A stretch of DNA of 64,000 nucleotides from the human T2T-CHM13v2.0 reference genome, Homo sapiens: NCBI RefSeq assembly GCF_009914755.1, contig NC_060936.1, one strand, 5' to 3'. The translations under genes and the position numbers were made by a program. The number at the start of each line of letters is the position of its first letter. The first letter of the stretch is position 1. The notes beneath the pieces are model-generated. The model ran no database searches. It was not told the DNA's origin and saw only the letters and a list, made by a program, of their open reading frames with translations. Shown piece after piece: positions 47,951-64,000 of the stretch.

Positions 47951-49025
47951 TAGCTAGGCTTCTTGAAGTCTTCCTTGCACAAATATAGCTTAGGAGTCGA
48001 TCAGGGATGTGGACAGAGATTTTTTATAAAATATTGGGCTCCAAATTATGGCTCTCTCTTTATATAGGTTTTTTGTTGTTGTTTTGTTTTGCTTTTCAAC
48101 TGTGGTTTTACCCCAATGTCTGTCCACTCATCCTTTAAGCCAGTAAGACTGAGCTTACTCTGGAAAATTTTTGAAAAAGTTAGGATATTCACCTTCACCG
48201 TTCCTTTATTGCACTGTAGACTGACATGGAGTGTCTGCTTACCTTTAAGTGTTTGCCAATGCCTTCTAGTACTTGTTATTTATTCTTTGTCCAGAGGTTT
48301 TGGTTACTATCTGAGGGAGGATTGGCTCAATAGGAGTTACTCCTACATTTTAAAAATCTGGGCACCTTTCCTTAAAATTGATAATGAAGTGAATGTATTG
48401 ATAAAATTTGTAACATTTAAACATCTTCCACTAACTAAGCAAATATTTCTTGGTCAGGATATCTCACTATTTAAATAACCATAAAATATGATTTCATATT
48501 GTATTGTTTATTTAAGATATCTGTATTAGGTATTATTTAAGATATTATCGTGTTTTAACATGATTTGATCTCTGGCATTGTTTTGTTGTGATGTCCTTTA
48601 TTGGTTCTAGTTACAGGGGTTATGTTCAATTCATTCTCTGTAATCTTACAGTTTTTTTTTTCTGTGCTTTGGAAGTTTGTATATAAAATCTAAGTGTTTG
48701 TTCATTGAAGGGTGATTAAAAGCTGGACTTGTAATCTATCTAGGCTCAGTGCCTATTTGTGTTAAGCACTTAATAATTGCATTCTGTCTTGTGACTGTTC
48801 ATTTTTCAAGTTTTCTATTTCTCTTCAATTATTTTTTGTCAATTGAATTGACCTGGAAAATTGGTTTATTCCTTATTAGATTTTAAAATTAATTTGTGTA
48901 AAGAAGCACCAACTGTTTTAATAATTTTTACATGCTTTTATATCTATAGTTATATCATTCTTTCTAAATGTTGCTAATTTCTGTTTTGTGTGTTTTTATA
49001 AAAACGATTGCTACAGTTTTGTTTG

Positions 49026-49191
49026 CCTTTTAATTGTCTAACTATGGTATTAATGTATTTTTCCCATTACTTTTCATTTTTCTTTTTCTATAGCTCCTTT
49101 TGGTTTATCCTTTTAATTGTCTAACTATGGTATTAATGTATTTTTCCCATTACTTTTCATTTTTCTTTTTCTATAGCTCCTTTTGGTTTAT
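49026..49191. repeat. Perfect 83-bp tandem duplication
   Basis: 49026-49108 is identical to 49109-49191. Confidence 0.95.
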
Positions 49192-51221
49192 TAGTGGGGT
49201 TTTTTTTGGTTTATTTATCTGTTTTTCCACACTCTATATAAAAGCTTACGTTTTCTTGCTTGCTTTTACATTATTGACTTTCAACGTATAAATTTTCTTC
49301 TGACTATTGCTCTGTTCACATTTTATAGTTTTTACATATGAAGTATTTATTGTTGTTTGCTACAAGATAACATGTAATTTTTATTTCAATATACTTTATT
49401 AACTAACAAATATTTGGGATTATATCATCTTAGTCCATTAATATTTTGATTTTTCCTGTTGTCATTGATATTTTCTTTATTTATATAACATTCTATAACT
49501 ATAAATAAATAAGTATATATATATAACTAGTTTTTGTTTTTGTGCTGTGTGTCTGGAAAAAAACTTGTTATTTTCTGGTCTTAAAGAGATTTTTTTCTAG
49601 AAGCCTCAGCATTTTTCAAAATTAGAAAAGAGTGAGCTCTGAGGGAAATAGAATTCCTGGGGAGCCCATCATAATGATCGAATTGGACTTTAGATGATCA
49701 ATGTGATCAATGACACCAATCTTTATTAAAAAAGCTCAAAGGTTTCAATATTCCTCTCAGACACGTTGAGTATTTTATGTAATCAAATGTTTTCCTATTT
49801 AAACTTTATGTGAAATGACATGTTTTGCAGAGCCAATTTTTTCCCAGAAAGTTTTTAATGTTTTTAAAACAGAACCTACTTTTTTTTTCACAAACATATG
49901 TGTCAACAAAAATTATATCCACTCAGGAAATAGAGGTTTTCATTTATTATTGGTTCCTCAGATGTTGGCACAGTTCTCCTAGGTAAGCAGCCTATTAAGG
50001 TTAAAATTAATCACAATTATCTAAGTTTTTATTCTTTTGGATTATTCAAATTCTATTAAAAATATCCAAGATTCATAACTTAAATCCCACTGTCAGCTAT
50101 CATAAATCCAAATACATTCTGTTGCCATAAGCATGGAGACTTTGACAAAGAATAAAGCAATGCTACAGTGCTACTACACCTCCATCTCAAATTATCAATA
50201 CTTGCCGTTACACATAGACCTATGGTTGTATCACAGCATAACTTAGTATAATCATAGCCTTATTCTAATTTGGAATGCATCCAAGATAGACTGCCACATT
50301 TGCACTATCACTCATATTCTACCTGAAAATTCCATGCTAGATTCTATCTTTGACAGTCAACTTTGATTTATTATATGTATATTACACTTCAGCTTCCAGG
50401 AGTGGTGAGCTCAGGAAAACACTTCAGAAAGTGTGAGGTGTGTGGACAGGTGAAAGTTTTCCTAAAGCTTCATACAGATATTTAATTCAAACATTTTATG
50501 CGTCTGCTTCTATCATAAAGTATAATCTGTTTTCCTTTGGCTCTCACAGCCAGTAAGATTGAGCTTAAATTATCTCTCTCTCTTTGTTGTTTGTCTACTG
50601 GATTTAAATATATACTCCAATTTACCTATGACTATTCTATTTATTTTCACTTTAGCAAGTTGTTGTAGGTGATGAGAGAAAAAATTAATTTTTTGACTAG
50701 TCTGTCTGACTCCCCACTTGGTTCAGGGAGCAAAAACCTAGCATTCTATCTGAATCTATCCTCATTTACTTTAACTCTTTAGATATAGCTTGAGAGTTGT
50801 CTTATTCAACTTAAAGTTAGGACCCAGTTTTAAAAATACAAAATTAGTGAAGGACTACATAGATTCAGACCAAATAATAATTGTCATCTGATGTGATAGT
50901 TTAGACAGAGATTTAAAGAATAAATGGGCAAGACATTAACAGTTCTATTAAATAGACATATACAACCCCAAAGCATGGTCTAATTGCACAAATTTAAAGG
51001 ATTGTTTTCTTTGATTTGCAGTTTAAGAAAACAGTTAATTTTGGCAGCATTAAAATGAGAAGGAAAATAACACTTATTAGATGCTTTTGATATGCTAGGC
51101 ATTGTGCTAGAGACTCCACATACATTTGCGATGATTAAAAAGTGAAACTTCAAGGTTAAGGAAATAGAAGCGAGGTGAAAAGAAAAAGAACTAAGAATTA
51201 CTTCAAGAATGCATGGGGGCC

Positions 51222-52066
51222 GGAGGAGCCAAGATGGCCGAATAGGAACAGCTCCAGTCTACAGCTCCCAGCGTGAGCGACGCAGAAAACGGGTGATTTC
51301 TGCATTTCCATCTGAGGTACTGGGTTCATCTCACTAGGGAGTGCCAGACAGTGGGCGCAGGAAGCGCAAGGGGTCAGGGAGTTCCCTTTCCTAGTCAAAG
51401 AAAGGGGTGACAGACTGCATCTGGAAAATCGGGTCGCGCCCACCCAAATACTGCGCTTTTCCGACGGGCTTAAAAAATAGCGCACCACGAGATTATATCC
51501 GACACCTGGCTTGGAGGGTCCTACCCCACGGAGTCTCGCTGATTGCTAGCACAGCAGTCTGAGATCAAACTGCAAGACGGCAGCGAGGCTGGGGGAGGGG
51601 CGCCCACCATTGCCCAGGCGTGCTTAGGTAAACAAAGCAGCCAGGAAGCTCCAACTGGGTGAAGCCCACCACAGCTCAAGGAGGCTGGACTGCCTCTGTA
51701 GGCTCCACCTCTGGGGGCAGGGCACAGACAAACAAAAAGACAGCAGTAACCTCTGCAGACTTAAATGTCCCTGTCTGACAGCTTTGAAGAGAGCAGTGGT
51801 TCTCCCAGCATGCAGCTGGAGATCTGAGAACGGGCAGACTGCCTCCTGAAGTGGGTCCCTGACCCCTGACCACCGAGCAGCCTAACTGGGAGGCACCCCC
51901 CAGCAGGGGCACACAGACATCTCACACAGCAGGGTACTCCAACAGACCTGCAGCTGAGGGTCCTGTCTGTTAGAAGGAAAACTTAACAAACAGAAAGGAC
52001 ATCCACACCAAAAACCCATCTGTACATCACCATCATCAAAGACCAAAAGTAGATAAAACCACAAAG
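51222..52066 (+). promoter_or_regulatory. L1 5'UTR internal sense promoter and antisense promoter
   Basis: Intact YY1 site caagatggccg at 51230-51240; CpG-rich; SOX-like aacaaag near 51631. Confidence 0.85.
51521..51610 (-). pseudogene. L1 ORF0, truncated to 29 aa
   Basis: ATG at 51610 gives MVGAPPPASLPSCSLISDCCASNQRDSVG*; an apparent 1-bp loss in cctac(g)cccacgg creates a TAG. Confidence 0.7.
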
Positions 52067-53083
52067 ATGGGGAAAAAACAGAACAGAAAAACTGGAAACT
52101 CTAAAAAGCAGAGTGCCTCTCCTCCTCCAAAGGAACGCAGTTCCTCACCAGCAACGGAACAAAGCTGGACGGAGAATGACTTTGACGAGCTGAGAGAAGA
52201 AGGCTTCAGACGATCAAATTACTCTGAGCTACGGGAAGACATTCAAACCAAAGGCAAAGAAGTTGAAAACTTTGAAAAAAATTTAGAAGAATGTGTAACT
52301 AGAATAACCAATACAGATAAGTGCTTAAAGGAGCTGATGAAGCCGAATGCCAAGGCTCGAGAACTACATGAAGAATGCAGAAGCCTCAGGAGCCAATGCA
52401 ATCAACTGGAAAAAAGGGTATCAGCAATGGAAGATTAAATGAATGAAATGAAGCGAGAAGGGAAGTTTAGAGAAAAAAGAATAAAAAGAAATGAGCAAAG
52501 CCTCCAAGAAATATGGGACTATGTGAAAAGACCAAATCTACGTCTGATTGGTGTACCTGAAAGTGATGGGGAGAATGGAACCAAATTGGAAAACACTCTG
52601 CAGGATATTATCCAGGAGAACTTCCCCAATCTAGCAAGGCAGGCCAACGTTCAGATTCAGGAAATACAGAGAACGCCACAAAGATACTCCTCCAGAAGAG
52701 CAACTCCAAGACACATAATTGTCAGATTCACCAAAGTTGAAATGAAGGAAAAAATGTTAAGGGCAGCCAGAGAGAAAGGTCGGGTTACTCTCAAAGGGAA
52801 GCCCATCAGACTAACAGCGGATCTGTTGGCAGAAACCCTACAAGCCAGAAGAGAGTGGGGGCCAATATTCAACATTCTTAAAGAAAAGAATTTTCAATGC
52901 AGAATTTCATATCCAGCCAAACTAAGCTTCATAAGTGAAGGAGAAATAAAATACTTTACAGACAAGCAAATGCTGAGACATTTTGTCACCACCAGGCCTG
53001 CCCTAAAAGAGCTCCTGAAGGAAGTGCTAAACATGGAAAGGAACAACCAGTACCAGCCGCTGCAAAATCATGCCAAAATGTAA
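52067..53083 (+). pseudogene. L1 ORF1p (338-codon frame) with a single premature stop at codon 124
   Basis: MGKKQNRKTGNSK...AMED*MNEMKREGKFREKR...QNHAKM; TAA at 52436-52438. Confidence 0.96.
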
Positions 53084-53146
53084 AGACCATCGAGACTAGG
53101 AAGTAAATGCATCAACTAACGAGCAAAATAACCAGCTAACATCATA

Positions 53147-56975
<3,829 letters not shown>

Positions 56976-57504
56976 ACAATGAGATTACATGGACACAGGA
57001 AGTGGAACATCACACTCTGGGGACTGTTGTGGGGTGGGGGGAGGGGGGAGGGATAGCACTGGGAGATATACCTAATGCTAGATGAGGAGTTAGTGGATGC
57101 AGCACACCAGCATGGCACATGTATACATATGTAACTAACCTGCACAATGTGCACATGTACCCTAAAACTTAAAGTATAATAATAAAAAAAAATAAAAGAA
57201 ATAATAATAAAAAATTAAAAAAATAAAAAATAAATAAAAAAAAAAAACTTTCAAAAAAAAAAAAAAGGAATGCATGGGGTAATGAAAACAATTAGAACCC
57301 TAAACTTTTTGCATTCTGCTTGGGTCTTCCTCCTATAATTTGCTTAGAATTATCCTGCAATAACCTAAAATTGTAGTCCTCTTCTGTAGAGATGGGAGTT
57401 AAGCCACCGAACTTCACTTCTCTCTACCCATCTGCAACTGATGTGTTCGTGATTATGCTAATTATCTTCTTGTTTAAGTGGGGTGTGTTAATGAATTGTA
57501 ACCT

Positions 57505-57760
57505 AGGCGGTCGGATCATGAAGTCAGGAGATCGAGGCCATCTTGGTTAACACAGTGAAACCCTGTCTCTACGAAAAATACAAAAATTAGCCTGGTGTGG
57601 TGGTGCATGCCTGTAATCTCAGCTACTCAGGAGGCTGAGGCAGCAGAATGGCATGAACCCGGGAGGCGAAGCTTGCCTTGAGCCGAGATCGCGCCACTGC
57701 ACTCCAGCCTGGGCGACAGAGCAAGACTAGGTCTCAAAAAAAAATAAAAATAAAAATAAA
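57505..57760 (+). mobile_element. 5'-truncated AluY-like element
   Basis: Begins at aggcggtcggatcatg; Y-like agaatggcatgaacccgggaggcgaagctt. Confidence 0.9.
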
Positions 57761-57944
57761 GAGAAAGAAAATACAAATGTTAGTTGCCAATATAATTATA
57801 TTATTACAAAAGCTGCATTGACTTATTTTATCTGATTTCACGTTCATAGAAATCCTATGATATGAGTGTTTTATCCTTATTTTATAGAAAGCTGAGTAGT
57901 AGAGAATTGTCACAAATGTTTATACATAATTAATAACACAACCG

Positions 57945-60900
57945 ATAGAATTTGCTAGTGAAGCCATCCTGTCATGGACTTTGTGGGAAGGTTTTTGATT
58001 ACTAATTCAGTTTATTGTTATGGGTCTATTAAAATGTTCTACCTTGTCTTGAGTCATTTAAGGTATTCTAGGAATTTGCCCATTTCATCCAGGTTACCCA
58101 ATTTGCTAGCATACAACTGTTCATAGTATTATCTTATAATCTTTTTATTTACCTAAGGTTAACACTAATGTCCCCACTTCCATCTCTAGTTTTCTTTCTC
58201 CTCTATATTTTAGTTATTTGTGTTTTCTTTCTTTATTTCTTTGAATCTAGCTAAATATTTGTCAAACTTTGCTGATCTTTCCAAAGAACCAACTTTTGGA
58301 TCTACTCATTTTCTCTGTTGTTTTTCTATTCTCTATTTTACTTATCTCTGCTCTAGCCTTAACAATTTCCTTCTTTCTGTTAGCTTTGGGCTTAATTTGT
58401 TCTTGTTATTTTTTTCTAGTTCTTTGAGGTAAAGTGAGGTTATTGATTTGGGAGCTTTCTTTTTAATTTAAAAAATTATAGCTAGAAATTTCCTTCTGAG
58501 CAGTGCTTTTGCTGGATGTCATATATTTTGGTATTTGGGTTTTTGTTTATGGCTATATATTTTCCTCTGTGATTTCTTCTTTGATCCATTCATTGTTTAA
58601 CAGTGTGTTGTTTAATTGCCAAGTATTTTTGAATTTTCTAGTTTTCCATGTAATTTGTTTTTAGCATCCAACCATTGAGACCTGTTTTGTGGCCTTAATA
58701 TATAGTACTATATCATGGAGAATATTCCATGTCATGTATTTGAAAAGAATGTGTATTTTGCTGTTACTGGGTGGATTGTTATATATATGTCTGTTAGGTC
58801 TAGCTGCTTATATTATTTTTCAAGTCCTTCATTTCCACAGTGATTTTCTATATAGCTGGTCTATCAATTATTGGGAGCTGAATTGTTTATTTTTCCTTTC
58901 AATACTGTCAATGTTTCCTTCATATAATTCGGGGACTCTGTTATTTAAAACGCATGCTTATAATTGTTAAATCTTCTTGATGATTTTACATATTTATCAA
59001 TATATTATGTTCTTATTTGTCCTTTTAACAGTTGTTAATGTAAATTCCATTTTTTTCTGATATTAGTATAGATACCACAGCTCTCTTGCATACTATATCC
59101 TTTACATTCTTTTACTTTCAATCTACAGATGTCTTTGTGCTTTGTATTAGTCTCTTATAGACATCATATAGTTGGATCATAGTTTTTCTTCTGTATTATT
59201 CATTCTGTCAATTTTGCCCTTTTATGAGTTTAATTCATTTACATTCAGAGTAATCATTAATTAGAAAAAACTTACTTTTGCCATTTTCCTATTATTTCTC
59301 TGTTTGTCTTACATAGTGTTTGTCCCTCATATTCTTCATTACTACCTTTGTTGTGTTTAGTTAACTTTTGTACTGAACCATTTTTATTATTTTCTCATTT
59401 CATTTTGTGCGTGGTTTTTAGATTATTTTTGTAGTTATCATGAGTGTTACATTTAACATGCTAAATTTAAAACAATTAAATGTTAGCTGATGCCAACTTA
59501 ACATTAAAAGCATACAGAAACTCTGCTTCTATTCACCCTCATCATCCCTCCTTTATATTGTCATTGTCATCATGAATTGCTTCTTTATGTATAGTGTGCC
59601 AAATAATGTAAATTCATAATTTATTTTGCACTTTATTTTATATCTTGTTGGAAAATAGAAAGTGTTGTTACAATAATACCTGCTTTTATATTCACCAATA
59701 TATTTACTCCTATCAGAGATCTTTATTTCTACATATGGCTTTGAGTTACTGTCTGGCGTCCTTTTATTTCAACCTGAAGGGCTCCCTTTGGCATTTCTTC
59801 TAGTGTAGGCATAGTAATAATAAATTCCATCAGCTTTTGTTTATTTGAGAGATGCTTAATTTCTCCCTCATTCTTGAAAGGCAGTTTTGTCATATATAGC
59901 TTGATTGTGTCCCAGAGGCCCCTTAGGCTCTGTTCCCTTGTTTTCATTCTATTAGATTGATGCAAAATTAATTGTGGTTTTTGCCATTAAAAATAATGAA
60001 AATAATGGCAAAACCACAATTACTTTTGTACCAACCTAATATTTCCTTTTTACTCCTTGGGCTTGATAACTTCAATTGCTCTATCTTCAGGTTCACTGAT
60101 TCTTCTGCCTGCTAAAATCAGCTATTGAACCCCTACAGTGAAATTTTTATTTTAGTTTTTGTACTATTTAGCTCTACAATTTCTTGTTAATTACTTTTCA
60201 TAATTGCTCTTAATAGTCAAAATTCTCATTTTGTTCATATGTATTTTTTTTCTGATTTCCCTTAGTTATTTGTGTTTCCTTTTAGCACTTTGAATATATT
60301 TAAGATAGTTGTCTAGTAATTTCAATATCTGCACCTTCTGCATGATATATGTCAATTTATTTTGTTCCTTTGAATGAACCGTACTTTGCTGTTTTTGTAT
60401 GCAATGTTTTTGTTGTTGTTGAAAACTGGACATTTGTGCATTATAATGTGGTAGTTCCAGAAATTACACTCAACCTCTTCCCTAGCTTTTTTTGTCGGGG
60501 ACTTATTGAAGGTTGTGGTAGCCCATTTGTTTAGGGTCTTTGCCAAACTATTATTGAGAAGACTGTATCCCTTGTCAATGTGGTCACTGAAGTTTCTGTT
60601 CCTTAGTTTGTGTTTATTAAATGTTTTGACAGAGGTTTTTTTGAATGCAGGGAATTAAAAAGTGAAAAAAATAAATAAATAAAAGATAGAACAAGAGAAA
60701 CACACACCTTTCCTAGTCTTTGAAAACTGACTTCGTGCTGGGGCGGTTTCTTAACTCTTATCCAGGCTTGTGCTGAGATTAGGGAGAGCTCAGGGTCTTC
60801 TCAGGTTTTTTCTTAGATTCTTACCCTGAGTATCCAGATGCTTTTCTAAGTTCCCCAGTTTACATAGTTGCTTTTGACAAATCATACTTTCTCTCCCACA

Positions 60901-61450
60901 AAAAACTACCCAGCTTTTGCCTTAGCCAGTTTACCGTACATTTTGAGTATAATCTTTTGCTCTAGGTATGTAAGGATTGTTAGCTTGACTTACAGTGTTA
61001 TCCAGCAATGCTCTCTGATTTTCCACCAGAATTCCAAGTTAGGCAAAACTGATGAGTTTTGCATAAGTATTTCATGTAGCCCCCAGACAGGTTAAAATAG
61101 ACATAGCCAATACTTTGTCAATGAGGTCTGTTTTGCTCCCTCTGGAATCAAGGAAACTGCCCGGCTTTGATAACATGAGTTGCTGCCACTTTAAGATCTC
61201 TACCATTTTAAACTGCTGCCCTGCCATAATGTGAGTGAGATGAGGGCAAATAAAGTTGCTACAAAACATTCCTATGATTCTGAAGTGACTTTTCTTGATT
61301 CAACTGTTACTTGGTTGCTGAAAACTTTTGACTGTTTTTCGGAGTTCCCACAAAATTGATTCTGATGTTTTCTGCTTCTTTTTTACACAATATTTCTGTG
61401 GGACAATAAGCTTGAAGATGTCTACGTTGGCAATTTTGCTGACATCATCC
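57945..61450 (-). mobile_element. Old L1M element (ORF2 5' part, ORF1 and 5' region)
   Basis: Antisense L1 sequence (gatctttccaaagaaccaacttttgg). Minus-strand ORF 59729-59965 contains ORF1-like EQSLRGLWDTIK and KNEGEIK...KQKLMEFI. Confidence 0.85.
59952..60039. mobile_element. MADE1 (Hsmar1-derived palindromic MITE, the source family of miR-548)
   Basis: ta|ttagattgatgcaaaattaattgtggtttttgccatt...aatggcaaaaccacaattacttttgtaccaacctaa|ta. Confidence 0.92.
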
Positions 61451-62040
61451 CTCAGATATTGGTCTAAAAGCCAATCTTTGTCAAGGAAAAATAATTATAT
61501 TATTCTAAGGATGTTCTCAATATACTAGGACAACAAGACTTCGCCCCCCGCCCCCCCGACAATAGCCATAGGGTTTTTATTGTTTTAATTTGAAAAGAAT
61601 CTTTAGAAATGGTTACTCGAAGCCATCTTTAATTATTTTAGTACAATGGCAACAATCAATTCGTATAAAATAATACAAATAAAAAAGTGTATAGTATTGG
61701 AGGGTAATGTGAGAATAGTTAGTTTCCCTCATTTGTTGTTTCTGAGATCTTGAATACTATTTGATTTTTCATCTGTGAGTTTAAATTTCATGAGAATTAG
61801 GTTTTGTTTGCATCCTGAGTTGTAGACTTGATTGTTTATCCTGAGGTTCCCAAGATTTATTGGTTAAGAACCATATTTCAATTTTTTAGCTTGTGCCCTC
61901 TCTATAGTGTGATTCACTCATATGTGGCACCAGCCACAGGTTTCAATTTCTTTTTTCAGTCAAAGATAGGTAAGGAGCCCATTTGTCCTTCACCATCTTA
62001 AGTAGATAGGTCAATTTCTATTATATTCTATATTATTGCA

Positions 62041-62347
<307 letters not shown>

Positions 62348-62883
62348 GGCACATACCCTTTCATCCCATCCGTAGTTGTGATCATCACTGATATTTATGG
62401 TTGCTTTCATGTCTAATTCAAATTACAAAACACAGTTGGAGTTTATCTTTAAGAAAGAAAAAGGCTAGTATTAAATGACCTTGCTTAGCTCAGTACTGCT
62501 TTCCTTTTTTCTATTTTTTAAAAATCATTTTGATATTTTTATGTTTAAAAGTATAGTAATACATTTATTTTCTGTTGGCTTTATGTGAATTAAATCTCTC
62601 TTTTTATTATTTTTCTTGGTAAATATTTTTTATTCTATTTCATAAAACATTTATTTTCATTATCAGGCTACCATAATATCTTTATGGCAGCTAACAGATA
62701 TCTGAGCATATATGATATACCAGGCCTTGTTCTATAGGCTGGAGCTCTAACAATAAAAAATTAGAGACAAACTAATTTGGGACTAATTAGATGGGACTAA
62801 GCACTCTGAAGAAAATAAAGAATAACACGAGGGTCTACCTGTTTTAGATAAATCATCAGAGATTACCTCTCTGAGGAAGTAAC

Positions 62884-63412
<529 letters not shown>

Positions 63413-64000
63413 GCGTATGCTTTTAAAAACATGATTAGGAAAATTTAAGTGCTCTGCCAACCTTTTTAGTAAAATTATGAATACACTTAATAAAAAGTTA
63501 TAGGTTTTTACCTCCACTGGTGAAGTAATAACTCAGTTCTGATGAGACTTTTCTCACTATAAACCACTAGAGAATTGGACACATTATATGGAATAACTGT
63601 CCTCAGATATTAGGCAACAGGTAGTACAGAGTAATGATTCATGAGGAAAAAAATAGAAATAAGGTTATCCCTGTGAGAACTATGGCTTTCTGCTACAAGG
63701 CAGTTTCCAGACATCACGGCAGAAAATGGGAACTCAAATAGAGCATGATATTTCAGCTATGTTGAGCAGAAAGACACTGGTGTTTGGGGAGGCAGAGAGG
63801 GGCTATAATTTATGGGACATAGCACCAGTGAAGGAAATTAATTTAGGGAAAAAAGGTTTTTTAAAACTATTTTAAATATGTCACGATAAATTCTTATTTG
63901 ACATCATTCATTAGTTCTTGACAACTGCAGCTTTAAGAGAAATAACATACAGCAGATTTTCTAATAATGTAATTTCATTTAATGTAATTTTGTCATAACA

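Noticed and set aside
48089-48478. 129-aa ORF, plus other hydrophobic ORFs at 27254, 29631, 31415, 35017 and 58689
   Set aside because: Most have non-ATG starts and reflect T-rich composition, often in decayed L1/L2 sequence; no recognisable domain or exon structure.
51350-51370. 5'UTR deletion as a spliced-L1 (SpIRE) product
   Set aside because: The missing piece (~59 nt) is too short for a typical intron and, by the remembered consensus, ends in GG rather than AG; microhomology explains it better.
51198-51488. 96-aa antisense ORF in the L1 5'UTR
   Set aside because: GTG-started remainder of the frameshifted ORF0 region; it has no proper start codon.
61542-61560. cgccccccgcccccccg GC-box/G4-like run
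   Set aside because: Isolated 17-bp homopolymer-like run without promoter context.

Overview
AT-rich, CpG-depleted primate (human or great-ape-like) genomic DNA, either intergenic or deep-intronic. It is dominated by transposable elements: a full-length but inactivated L1PA2-type LINE-1 (51.2-57.3 kb), a 5'-inverted older L1PA (43.2-46.3 kb), an L1PA running off the left edge with an internal deletion, a tiny twin-primed L1 (14.5 kb), about 14 Alus, several ERV1/ERVL/MaLR LTRs, DNA-transposon MITEs (MER82, Tigger4a, MER33, MER58, MADE1) and old L1M/L2/MIR relics. I recognise no host protein-coding gene; all long ORFs are L1-derived and most short ORFs are repeat or low-complexity noise. I find no evidence for a new multi-gene biological system. 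The most notable signals are sequence-resolved mutational events: an ancient inverted copy of one Alu's unique flank inside another Alu 3.6 kb away, an extreme twin-priming insertion, a deletion with templated insertion in an L1, possible short 3' transductions and a perfect 83-bp duplication. There is also a tentative spliced transcript and promoter (candidate exons at 6454-6541 and 20310-20490; CCAAT/GC-box cluster near 20.85 kb). Repeat subfamily names come from remembered consensus features and need RepeatMasker/Dfam confirmation.
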